Below, piece by piece: positions 46,314-57,100 of a DNA stretch of 64,000 nucleotides; the first letter of the stretch is position 1, and each line of letters starts with the position of its first letter. The DNA comes from an uncultured virus (IMG/VR IMGVR_UViG_3300027627_000004) (taxonomy: Duplodnaviria > Heunggongvirae > Uroviricota > Caudoviricetes), in the IMG/VR virus record IMGVR_UViG_3300027627_000004. One strand, written 5' to 3'. A program made the translations under genes and the position numbers. The notes beneath the pieces are model-generated. The model worked only from the letters and a program-made list of their open reading frames with translations, was not told the origin of the DNA and searched no databases.

Positions 46314-49300
46314 ATCAAAAAATAAATACATTATCGGTCACTAATCCACCTTCTGCTGGTATAGACGATACTGTAGTTTTAACCAGCTCTACATATGCTC
46401 TAGATGCTGCGGTAAATTTTTTACCTACGGATGTTAATTCTACAACAGGACCTACGACAGGACTTATTGCTTTAGGCTCCTATGGTGGCAATATTTATGT
46501 CTCGACGGATAAAACAATTTTTTCTCCACAAGCTTTTCCTGGTGTATGGTACGGAATCTGCGCTAGCAGTGACGGTAATAAATTAGCTGCAGTTAATATA
46601 CAAAGTCAAAAAGTTTACATTAGTGATGGTGGAGGTCCTTGGACTGTTACTTCGTCACCTTCACACGGCTATAAAGATATTGCTTGTAGTAGCGATAGAT
46701 CTAAAATAGTGGCAGTTGCTTACAATTCAAATTTTATTGTTATTTCTGATAACAGCGGTGCTATTTGGACAGAATATCCTATTCCAGGCGAATCTGGTTT
46801 TTTAAGTGTGTGCTGTAGTGCCGATGGTACTAAAATAGCTGCCGGTGCGAGAGGGGGTGGTCAGATTTGGCTATCTACTAATGGAGGTTTGACTTGGCAA
46901 CAAGCACCCGTTCCACAAGCTAATTGGTATGGTATAGCTTGTAGTGCTGACGGCGCTATACTAGCGGCTATAGAAAACCAAAATATTTGGTTATCGACTA
47001 ATTCAGGTGCCACATGGACACAAGCTTTTTTGCTAACGTCTCAAACTTGGAGGGATATAACTTGTAGTGCCGATGGTACTAAAATATTTGCGTGTAGTGG
47101 TATGGGTACTACCTTAATATCCGGCGATGGTGGTGTCACATGGACGCAAGCACCATATGCGGGTTATACTATCGCTTGTAATCCTAGTGGTCAGGTTGTA
47201 GTTGTCGCGGCTGCTCCTAGTCGGCTTGCTTATGTTTCTAGTGATGCGGGCAATAATTGGACGCAATTTACGGCTACAGCCCTTTGGTTGTCTAGTGTTG
47301 TTGTTGGATTTACAGGTTTAGGGATAAACATAAATGCACATGGTTTAATAGACGGGCAAGCTGTTTATTTTTACACAACAACAACGCTACCTGCACCTTT
47401 GCAGGCATTTACTACTTATTATGTCAAATATATTGATGCCAATAATTTTGGGCTTTCAGCAACATACCAAGGTTCTGCAATTACTTTGACCGATCAAGGT
47501 ACAGGCGTACACTCTCTTTTAAAGGCATTTAATGTACGCTTAAGAGATCCTTGGGATAATGTATTAAATGCTATTAACTTAACAGGCTTATCTTCTAACC
47601 AAATTGCTGCCATAAACGCTTCCGACACTCCTAATTCAAGTAATGCCTTAATTACAAATAGTTATTTAACTAATCAACTGTTAGGCAAAAAGGGATTTGT
47701 CACCGTTGGACCTGCGGGATCTAATGCTGATTTTGAATCAGACGACGACACGGCTTTTGCCGAAGCTATTAATTTTATTTTGACGCGCAATGCTAATGGT
47801 GGTTGGATTATAGTTATTCCTGGTACATATAATTTCACTAATACCGTTACAGTACCTTCAGGTATATGCATTGAGGGCGTACATCCCCAAACAGCCATCA
47901 TAGTAGCGGGTGGTAATTTTTCTGCATTTGAATTAACTGGTTCCTCCAGTCGATTAGACAAACTACAAATACAAGCACCATCAGCAACGACAAAAGCTGT
48001 CGTTAAGATATCCGGTGAAAAATGTATTATTGAAAAATGTTTAATAACTAATTTTACATACGCAGGACTTCAGGTAGCGGGGTATAGAAATAAAGTAATA
48101 TCCTGCCGTATTGAAGATACGGCAAGTGCAGCATCGCAGGGCATAATTTTACAAAGTTTTCAAAACAATATAAATGGGTGTTCATTTGTTGGTAGTTTTA
48201 ATTCTGGTGCTTTAAAAGTTGAAGGTAACGACTGTGGTTGTTTTAATTCATATTTCGATTCTACTTTGGTCGGATATTCATACTTAATACTATCCGATTC
48301 TGTTTCAAATACTCGTTTGGTCGGTAACCATTTCGGATCGAATGATTCTTTAATCCTCTCTTATGATTATGGTACGACTTCAGTTAGGTACGGCAACACT
48401 CCTAATACACCTAATGTAAATCAAAATAACTTTGCTCTCCCGCTTGCAAATTATACAGGACAGCCTACGCTTTCTACATCAAGCGCGACTTTAAGTAATA
48501 ATTTTACGACAAATGGTGCAGATAATTTAACAGATATACTTAGTAACTTAGACCTATTTTTACAAAGAAGCTTTGAGGAAAGAAATTTCTTTTTATCTTC
48601 AAACGATCCTACTTACGATCCCACTGGAGTACCTACGGCTGGTGTGGGTTCTTGGAACGGCAGCACTTTATCAGTTCCTACTTTTTACATTCACTCTACT
48701 TTAGCTAGAGCAGGTAGGTGGGTAGTTAATTCTGCAAGTTATGCTTTAGATGCAGGACAAGTTCTTTATGTAGAAATCAATCAAACATTAGATGCTGCTG
48801 ATATAGTTTTAACTCCTATGGTTGCCGCCTACCCTTTACCACTTACTGCATCTACAGATGCATGGCGTCTTGTTTTAGCAGTAGGCTTAGGTGGTAACCA
48901 GGCAATTTGGTTAGAGGGTTTTAGGCTTTTGACAGGCATGACCTCGTTTGATATTGAAGGTACGCTGCTGCCATTGGCTAGGTTTATAGGTGTAACTGAT
49001 ATTAAAAATCCTTCAGCACCATTTAATGGATTTGCTGCGGGAACCGCTGCAGACCTTACTACAAAATTAGGTGCCCAATCTAAACTTTTAGAAAATTTAT
49101 ATGAGAGGACTAATTTAAGTTTAGAACCAGTTACTTCGGATGCTGAGTTTTCTACAGATCCGGTAGCTGGAAATTACTTAGATACTACAGTAGGTTTACC
49201 CTCAAGACCTACTCATATAGTTCAAGCATTTAAGTTGACCTATGCTTTAGTTCCTACATCCGGTCTTTATGTTTTTGACAGCGTAAGTAGCAGTTGGTCA

Positions 49301-52300
49301 AAAGTTACAGGTCACCCACCTGCACCTGACTTTACAGCACTTAGTTTTGTTGGAGTATCGATTGGCATTTTGACGACGGCAGGTGCAATTGCAGCGTATA
49401 ACCCTTATTTGAACACTTGGGCTACATATAGTCCGGTAATTGACGAATATACTTCTATACTATTACCGTTTGCTTCAAGTCGTGGAGCATTCCCTCTAGG
49501 AGGGCAAGCGGATTATGCACTTCAAACTGATAACTTTACCTATTTTACGACACTAAATGGTTATACAGTTAGGTATAGTTTAAAAAATAATACCTTAAAC
49601 TATGTACCAAGAGCATATACACAAGATGTTGGGGACCGTGGATTATTAGGTCCAAGTCTAAAAGACTCCGCGTATAATACTTTAAGGGACACTAAAGACT
49701 TATTTGAGACTTTAGACAATGGAGTTTCCTATACGACAGGCTTGCCTTGTTCAAAAGGTAAACTAATTAATTTCGCTGGAACATATTGGTATTCTCAAAT
49801 ACTCGATTTTTCGTCTTTTGATCTTATAAATTTTGCATACGACGAATTTTCTGGTGCTTGGTTAGCTGTCTACACCAATAACTCTTATAATTTTATTTTA
49901 GGTGGAGGTAAAGATACCTCTTATTTATATAGTGTACAGGGTGATTTTGATGATTTTCAAACTCATTATTGGGTATTAAACCCTATAAAACAAGAAGTTA
50001 TAGCTTTAGGTGCAAAAACTTCTACAGGTGCCTTTACTGCTCAAATAAGCTCTTACAATGTAGATGCTTTAACTTGGACTTGGACTACTCAGATATTAGG
50101 TGTGGCAGATACGTCACAGGGATGTATTGCAATTTATGACACTTACAGTGCTGGAGATCTCTGGGTTTTAGTTAGTAACCCAGCGCGGAGTAATAGACCT
50201 ACTGTTTGGAAAAGAAATGGTACGACAGGTAACTGGACATCTACCACCCTCACAAATTCTGTATCTGACGTAAGTGATACACTTGTGCCTGCTGCCGTAG
50301 CTAACAGCTTTTTATATGTAGCTACGGGAGCCACTAAGTTAAAGGGATATGCTGCGGTATCTCCTACGGCTATAAATTTCTATGTTGCAGACAATGCTAG
50401 GAGTAATAGACCTACAGTATTTAATTATAATAAGACTTCAGGATCTTATACAGGAGTTCGTCTCGCTGAAGCTGCTGGTGCTGGTGTGGACGTTGTTGTA
50501 GTACATGCCATAGCTAACTCGGCAGATATTTTCTTAGGTGCGTTTTATCATGCACCTTCTAGGACTAACTTTTTTGCAGTTCAAAGAGCAGACAATTATA
50601 CTGTTTTCTTTGCTCAACATGAAGTCGTCGCAAACTTTGCTGGCTGGACTAATATAAGATCAAACTTAAATCAATTCACTATACCGTCTACTAAAGCACT
50701 TATTACAAATAAAATTACAGGGGATAATACAGACAGTCTTAACTCTCCTTATGTTTTTTATTTATTGTGTAGTCAAGGGTTTATTACCATCACTTTAGGG
50801 GGAAGTAATTCTAATTTTACCTCTGTTATTTCTTTTAGTAAATTGGAATATACATCTAAATTACTAGGTTTTAGTAGTACGGGAACCTCTATTTATATTC
50901 CACAAGTCGGCTCGCTGAGAGGTGGAGAACCAAGCGTATCGGTCGGTAGTTGGGCAAAAACTGATACAGCAAATATTCAAGCCGCAGGTATTGGTTTAGA
51001 TCCTGGCTTAGGTGATGGAATTTTTTGGAGTGAAACTGGCTCTTATGTAAAACATATAAAGCGTACAAGTAACGGCATTAAAGAAGGCAGTTTGTGGTCG
51101 GGTGTTAATCGGGGGGGTTATTTATGGATTGCCGATTCTTCGAGACGAACAAGACAGACAGAACTGACGCCAAATCATATTACTTTGCGTGGAAATTATG
51201 ATGTCACTAATTTAGGTGCCATTACTGGAGACTATGATTTTTCCACAAATGGAACACAGGTAGCCTTTGTATATGCTAATAGCGGTATAGGTAACGTATT
51301 AAGTTTTTTACTTTGGGATATAGAAACTGAAACAGTACTAGCCTACGAGCGTGGTGGTGTTGCACCACTAAATCCTGCAGGTATATCAGCTTGTGGCTCT
51401 ACGCCTCAAATTTTATATAATACCGTTACGGCTACTTGGGACATTGTAGTTCAAGATGATTCAAGAGAAGGTGGTCAAGTCGCTTTCTATAGGCGAACTG
51501 CTGCAGGTGTTTGGAGTTTAGAAACTATAGGTGCCGTATCCGGCAATAAAACACTTCCTGCGATGGTAGCTAATGCAGGATTAAATCCATGCAAGCCTGT
51601 TTTAGTAAATAACGGTGACATTGTTTTATGTACTTCGGATATTTCTAGTAATTTGCTTATTTTTTATAGAGTACATTCCTCGAATCAATGGGCGACTAGT
51701 GGTCAAATTACAGGTGGGGGATTTAATAAACCGGTATTGGCTGTAAATAGTCTTGGTCAATACTGGGTTTTCGGAGGGTATGACGGTGCTAATGCTAGGA
51801 TTGCTAAATCTAATTCTTACGTCTCAGGTTTTAGTGTGTATAGCAGCGATATATCTGATGTCTATAATAGAGTTTTTAATCCCCGATATTATATTAGCAA
51901 CGATGCCATTATTGTTGCTTCTCCTTTAACACAAGCCGGTACAGCCGTTGCTAATCAAGAAATGGGCGTATTTAGATTCCCAACTACTGCGACAGACGTT
52001 GCAAATATTTTTGCTGCTAAAGGGCGTTTAATAGGCTTTTTAGGTGAGGAAGAAATTGACTACGGTGACCACTCTTTTACCAGCGACGGTAAATTATTAT
52101 ACAGTGCCGAACGCTTTGGTAGAACAGATAGACATTATTCTATCCGTATCAGCCGTAACGGATTTAAAACTTTAGGTGATTCCGCTTTAGGATCTGGGCG
52201 TTTACTTACTTTAGGTAATCGGTGTTACAGAGAGGAGTATGCCAGTGCTAGTAGACCGCTCATAGTCGAATACGATTACGATTATAATATTATCTCATAT

Positions 52301-53170
52301 AGAGATAACTTGCCTGTAGCTGAACGTGAGCCTGGGACCTTTTTAACACTCCGCTATCCTTACGCAGAGGACGCATCGCCAAGTAATTTATTTTCAGACG
52401 CAAACTTACCTTCCGGCATTTTAAATGCGGTTGAAGCGAGAGAATTTCCTTTAATTTGCGGCAATACTCGAATACAGGGCGGTCCTGGTGCTGGTCTTTT
52501 ATATTTCGGTGCTATGGTATCTATAAGTGCCTTATATTTACCAGCGACAAACCTTTTAAGACTTGAAGCAATGAAGGCTTTAACGATTAAAGGTACATGG
52601 AAAATAACAGCACCTAACAGCGGCACTGCATACATAATAACTGGACCTATCGTGTATATGTTAGATGCAAGTGCTACGGGCAGTCATTTGGTATTACAAT
52701 TCCCAAATGCGGGGACACTTACTTTAGACAGTGTTGCTAACCCGCTTACCTACTGGTCAAACCTTGACTATACACAAAATTCTTATGCTTTAGTACTAGG
52801 TGAAGTACGTGAGCGATATTTTACTCTATATTCTAAAACGAAATTAACTTATGGTAATATAGAGAATACAGTTCTAGCTAATCCTGTAAAATACTACACA
52901 AGAAATAAAGAATTTTTAAAAGAGTTTTTTATTACGCCTCTGACTATAGATTCATTAGCCGTACAAGAAGTAGGTGCCTTGGATGGTATTCAGAAGCAGA
53001 ATTTCAGTGTATTAGGACATTTATTGCTGGTACAGGGACTACCGCCTAACGGCACAGGATATCACTACTTTGTGGTCTTTAATATTGCAACGGCAGACCG
53101 TATCTTGAGCGGAATGAAGTTTCAGCATGTAGCGGGTAAATTTGAAAATATAGTGGTGTTTAATTCGTAA
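46310..53170 (+). CDS. Giant tail fibre/baseplate protein (beta-propeller + beta-helix)
   Basis: WxxIACSADG / SxNxGxTW BNR-like repeats; IVIPGTY beta-helix start; 2286 aa. Confidence 0.8.
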   Translation: MNQKINTLSVTNPPSAGIDDTVVLTSSTYALDAAVNFLPTDVNSTTGPTTGLIALGSYGGNIYVSTDKTIFSPQAFPGVWYGICASSDGNKLAAVNIQSQKVYISDGGGPWTVTSSPSHGYKDIACSSDRSKIVAVAYNSNFIVISDNSGAIWTEYPIPGESGFLSVCCSADGTKIAAGARGGGQIWLSTNGGLTWQQAPVPQANWYGIACSADGAILAAIENQNIWLSTNSGATWTQAFLLTSQTWRDITCSADGTKIFACSGMGTTLISGDGGVTWTQAPYAGYTIACNPSGQVVVVAAAPSRLAYVSSDAGNNWTQFTATALWLSSVVVGFTGLGININAHGLIDGQAVYFYTTTTLPAPLQAFTTYYVKYIDANNFGLSATYQGSAITLTDQGTGVHSLLKAFNVRLRDPWDNVLNAINLTGLSSNQIAAINASDTPNSSNALITNSYLTNQLLGKKGFVTVGPAGSNADFESDDDTAFAEAINFILTRNANGGWIIVIPGTYNFTNTVTVPSGICIEGVHPQTAIIVAGGNFSAFELTGSSSRLDKLQIQAPSATTKAVVKISGEKCIIEKCLITNFTYAGLQVAGYRNKVISCRIEDTASAASQGIILQSFQNNINGCSFVGSFNSGALKVEGNDCGCFNSYFDSTLVGYSYLILSDSVSNTRLVGNHFGSNDSLILSYDYGTTSVRYGNTPNTPNVNQNNFALPLANYTGQPTLSTSSATLSNNFTTNGADNLTDILSNLDLFLQRSFEERNFFLSSNDPTYDPTGVPTAGVGSWNGSTLSVPTFYIHSTLARAGRWVVNSASYALDAGQVLYVEINQTLDAADIVLTPMVAAYPLPLTASTDAWRLVLAVGLGGNQAIWLEGFRLLTGMTSFDIEGTLLPLARFIGVTDIKNPSAPFNGFAAGTAADLTTKLGAQSKLLENLYERTNLSLEPVTSDAEFSTDPVAGNYLDTTVGLPSRPTHIVQAFKLTYALVPTSGLYVFDSVSSSWSKVTGHPPAPDFTALSFVGVSIGILTTAGAIAAYNPYLNTWATYSPVIDEYTSILLPFASSRGAFPLGGQADYALQTDNFTYFTTLNGYTVRYSLKNNTLNYVPRAYTQDVGDRGLLGPSLKDSAYNTLRDTKDLFETLDNGVSYTTGLPCSKGKLINFAGTYWYSQILDFSSFDLINFAYDEFSGAWLAVYTNNSYNFILGGGKDTSYLYSVQGDFDDFQTHYWVLNPIKQEVIALGAKTSTGAFTAQISSYNVDALTWTWTTQILGVADTSQGCIAIYDTYSAGDLWVLVSNPARSNRPTVWKRNGTTGNWTSTTLTNSVSDVSDTLVPAAVANSFLYVATGATKLKGYAAVSPTAINFYVADNARSNRPTVFNYNKTSGSYTGVRLAEAAGAGVDVVVVHAIANSADIFLGAFYHAPSRTNFFAVQRADNYTVFFAQHEVVANFAGWTNIRSNLNQFTIPSTKALITNKITGDNTDSLNSPYVFYLLCSQGFITITLGGSNSNFTSVISFSKLEYTSKLLGFSSTGTSIYIPQVGSLRGGEPSVSVGSWAKTDTANIQAAGIGLDPGLGDGIFWSETGSYVKHIKRTSNGIKEGSLWSGVNRGGYLWIADSSRRTRQTELTPNHITLRGNYDVTNLGAITGDYDFSTNGTQVAFVYANSGIGNVLSFLLWDIETETVLAYERGGVAPLNPAGISACGSTPQILYNTVTATWDIVVQDDSREGGQVAFYRRTAAGVWSLETIGAVSGNKTLPAMVANAGLNPCKPVLVNNGDIVLCTSDISSNLLIFYRVHSSNQWATSGQITGGGFNKPVLAVNSLGQYWVFGGYDGANARIAKSNSYVSGFSVYSSDISDVYNRVFNPRYYISNDAIIVASPLTQAGTAVANQEMGVFRFPTTATDVANIFAAKGRLIGFLGEEEIDYGDHSFTSDGKLLYSAERFGRTDRHYSIRISRNGFKTLGDSALGSGRLLTLGNRCYREEYASASRPLIVEYDYDYNIISYRDNLPVAEREPGTFLTLRYPYAEDASPSNLFSDANLPSGILNAVEAREFPLICGNTRIQGGPGAGLLYFGAMVSISALYLPATNLLRLEAMKALTIKGTWKITAPNSGTAYIITGPIVYMLDASATGSHLVLQFPNAGTLTLDSVANPLTYWSNLDYTQNSYALVLGEVRERYFTLYSKTKLTYGNIENTVLANPVKYYTRNKEFLKEFFITPLTIDSLAVQEVGALDGIQKQNFSVLGHLLLVQGLPPNGTGYHYFVVFNIATADRILSGMKFQHVAGKFENIVVFNS

Positions 53171-53179
53171 AGGATTTAC

Positions 53180-54145
53180 ATGACAGACATTATCGTTAGC
53201 TTAACAAATACAGCTCGTAAATATGAAGCACAAGGTCTTTTGTATGGCTATGGTTTTCGCATCGACTATTTTTCCGTAGGTTCTGGTGGTCACGATCCTA
53301 GTAATCCGACATTGGCGCTACCTTTAGACTTGGATGTAACGGACCTGCCAGGACAATTTTTCGGACCGCAGCCAATTGATAGCGGTATGCTTGTAAGCCC
53401 TACTTGTCCCCAGTGGACTTGTGTTCTCCAGCCAGGACAAGGTGTAGGTCAGATTTCTAATTTTGCTTTGATAGCAACGGTTACTTTCATTCCTCAGTCC
53501 TCTATCTTGCTGACACCTTCGGAAGTGATAGCAGGTAATTCTGAAAAGACTTTTACACCTTTGGCTATTTCTTTAGACGTAGCTCCTACTCATACTTCGT
53601 TTTTCAATGTACCCACACATGGTTTTGTGAATACTAACAAAGTTATTTTCTCTACTGATGGAACCTTACCTGTTGGGTTAACTGCCACAACGGAATATTA
53701 TGTTGTAAACGCTATCACAAATTCATTTCAGGTATCTTTAACCTCTGGTGGTACAGCATTAGCATTGACTTCTGTAGGTACAGGAACACATTCGGTAAGA
53801 CTGACGACGGATGATACTTTTAGCGTTACCAATCATGGTTTAGCTAATAACACACCTGTTAGTTTACTTTCTAATAAAACGATTCCTGCAGGACTGTTAC
53901 CAAATAAAACTTATTATGTAGTGTATGCTACACTCAATACATTTAAATTATCTGAGACAACTAATGGAGCACCAATAAACTTTACTAGTAGTGGAGATGG
54001 AGTGTTGACGGTTACGAATTTAGATTCCACACCTGCTGGTGCTCCCGCGATAGGCAGTACTTTTTTGTATGCTATAGCTAACTTCCCCGCATCATACAAG
54101 CTGTCTTCAGCGCGTGAAACCTTTATTGTAAATTTACAAACTTAA
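53180..54145 (+). CDS. Baseplate/fibre-associated structural protein
   Basis: Collar-like LTNTARKY...FSVGSGG start; two HG...LPxGL..YYV modules. Confidence 0.7.
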   Translation: MTDIIVSLTNTARKYEAQGLLYGYGFRIDYFSVGSGGHDPSNPTLALPLDLDVTDLPGQFFGPQPIDSGMLVSPTCPQWTCVLQPGQGVGQISNFALIATVTFIPQSSILLTPSEVIAGNSEKTFTPLAISLDVAPTHTSFFNVPTHGFVNTNKVIFSTDGTLPVGLTATTEYYVVNAITNSFQVSLTSGGTALALTSVGTGTHSVRLTTDDTFSVTNHGLANNTPVSLLSNKTIPAGLLPNKTYYVVYATLNTFKLSETTNGAPINFTSSGDGVLTVTNLDSTPAGAPAIGSTFLYAIANFPASYKLSSARETFIVNLQT

Positions 54146-54157
54146 GACGGGACTGGT

Positions 54158-57100
54158 ATGACGATTGAAACTTTATTAGGATTTCGCAATACAGATAGCA
54201 CCGAAAATATAAACGCTAGATTAGCCGGTCTTGTACCTAAAGGTATTTTTCGCGGTGGTAATTTAATACCAGAACCGAACTCCCTTCAGATCAGAGTTGT
54301 TGGAACTGCTGGAGAACCTTGGGTATTTTTAGCGATTTCACCTGAAGGGATGGTTTTAAGAAATAAAAACTCCGAATACGTCTTGCCGGTAAAAGCAGGT
54401 CTTACAAATGTAGTAGTCTTAAGAGCAAAATATCTTGTAGGTAGCGCACCTATAGCTTCATTAGAAGTCATGACTTTAGGTGAATTTGATATAGATCCTG
54501 ATAAAGAATCACTCGTTAGACTTGGTTTAGTTAGTCCTCCGGCAGGCGCAATAAAAGTTTTACCTTCAGACATAGACCTTTCTTTCCGCGATTCAGTAGA
54601 GGGTTTTAGGCGTAATATTGTACGAGGGGTTGTATCTACTGTAGCGGATCTCCCAGCGGTAAGCGGTTTTCCTGCTTATGCCGAAGTAAATCTAGTGGGC
54701 AATAATTTTGCTGAAAACACTACCGTAACGATTGCGGCAGGAGCTATTTCTGAGATATTTCCTTTTGTACCGGCTATAAATTTTAAACTTGGTGATTTAA
54801 ATATACCAGGATTGTCGCGTGTTAATCCAAGTCAAGTTAATATCGTTTCTATAAATAAATTAGGTACTTCCGATACCGTAACTGTAGCAACCACAACTGC
54901 TCATAATTTAAGTACAGGTGATGGCATTAGGTTGTCTGATACTCCAGCCGCCAATGTAAATGGTGTCTGGTCTGTATCCTCTATAGTATCTTCTAAGGAA
55001 TTTAGATTTAAGAAAAATGATAATTCAACTATTGAAGTAGGTAAGTATTTTACTTTTACCGTAGATATAGTTGAAAATACAATAAATAAAACAAATCATG
55101 GTTTGTTAAATGGTCAACAAGTTATCTTTTTATCCTCTGGAAATTTACCTGCTGGATTGAATAACACGACTATTTATTATGTTGTTAGTGCTCTTGCCAA
55201 TACTTTTAAGGTGTCGTTGACTTTTAATGGTTATGGGATTGATTTAAGTGATGCGGGTACAGGCACGCATACGGTATATCAGGCTAGTGGTAATGGAAAC
55301 GCCATTAAATCAGACGTTATATGCAGCGTAATAGCTAAAACTGCTCCAGGTGTTCAGCATGGTTTAGTTCAAACTATGCCTATAGTTATTACAGGAGTTG
55401 CCGATCCTTCTTTTAATGTAAATAGTGTTGTAGATACAGTTATAGATTCCCAGACTTTTACTTTTAAAATGAGTGGATATCCCACGGCAGTAAGTGGGCT
55501 AGGTCAAGTATCTAAATCTGGATTGTCCTTACCTACTAATGCTGTAGAAATTGGTGAGAATGCGGCTACAACAGCAGAGCATTTTGAAAATTCTTTTACT
55601 AGTTCGAGGCTAGCTCCACTAATAAAAGCTACCGCTATTGGTTCATCTTTACAGTTACAAGTTAAAGATGCAGGAGTTTTAGGTAACAGCTATACTTTGG
55701 CTTCCAGTGAGCCTGGTTATACTTCGGCACAAAAACAAATTGTGCTGAGTGGAAATACTTTTACAGGTGGGTTAGATCCACTGTCCGGTCTTGATGCACC
55801 TATAGATTTGCGAGTGGGTGATATTTATGTTGTAGAGTTCGGTGATGAAGGCACTTTAGACCTTTGGGGATTTGATGGTACAGTTTTTAGAAATCTTACC
55901 TCTGCTGCTACTTCTACCCTATTAGATTTTCACCGTAGAAATCTTTTGTTAAATGAGAAGCATTTAACAGAAAATGAAAAAGACGCCTTAAGTGGTACAC
56001 GGGGTGTTCCCTCGTCTACAAACCGTTTTGTTACCCAGCAAGATAGCTCAGTCTTAACCGCTGACTTAGGCGATGCGCTAGTCGGTGCAGACACAGAAGT
56101 TCCAAGCGGAACTAATAGATTTCTCACAGAAGCGAGATGGCGCGGTGAAAGACGTAACATAACAATTAGCGAAGGTAACAACAGCATAGAACTACCTAGT
56201 GGACGTTGGGTTGTAGGTAATGAAACTACTAGTGGTTTTAAATTCTTTAATGTTGTTTTTAAGGATTCCTTAGATCCAGTCGCATATCCTGGTGGTCCTG
56301 TAGAATATACACAAGTAGACTTTTCTAAAGTTACAGTCGAACAGTTATATAAAAATTCAGGATTATCAGATGTTCTAAACCCGTCGTCCGATGCGGATTC
56401 CCTTGGAATTTACCCGAAACTCGATGATGCTACGCTAGGTAACCCAGTAAAACTTTTTGTAAAATTAAGCCAAAATATTGATAATGGTGATGCTGCAATA
56501 TTATATTCGTCGGCAAGCCAAGAACGGACACGGCTAGTAGGTTCCGATATGCTTGCCGGACCGCAGCGTATAATACCTGCAGATTTGCGAGACATTCAAA
56601 ATAAAGTAAGTGAGTTACGTTTTAATAAAGGTATTGGTGTAGCCAATACTACAGTGACCTTCCCTGCTGATCTTTTTGTGTCGTCTAATTTACAAAATTA
56701 TAAATATAGACGTGCTGTATCGGGAACATTCGCAACGATAAGTGATACGTTTGATATTAATTTTTTAACAGGAACTGGTACTGCAGGAATTGTAAATTCG
56801 TTTACTCCAGTGACTTTGCCTGCTGCAAACACATGGACACGTTATGTGTTGACATTAAATCAAACAGGTAAAGTTGATGTTTATCACATAGCTAATTACA
56901 TAGAAAAAAGTACTGATAATATATTCCATTTAAATCTGGAAGACGTAGCGTTACCAAATTTAGCTTTTACACAAGGTGAATGGCTGTTTGCATCGGTAGC
57001 AGTAAAAAGTAATTCAACTAATACTGGTATCGTAATTGATACAACGGCTGGTTGTATTGAAATGTACCCTTACCAAGCAGGAAATGCTAGGGAGTGGGGA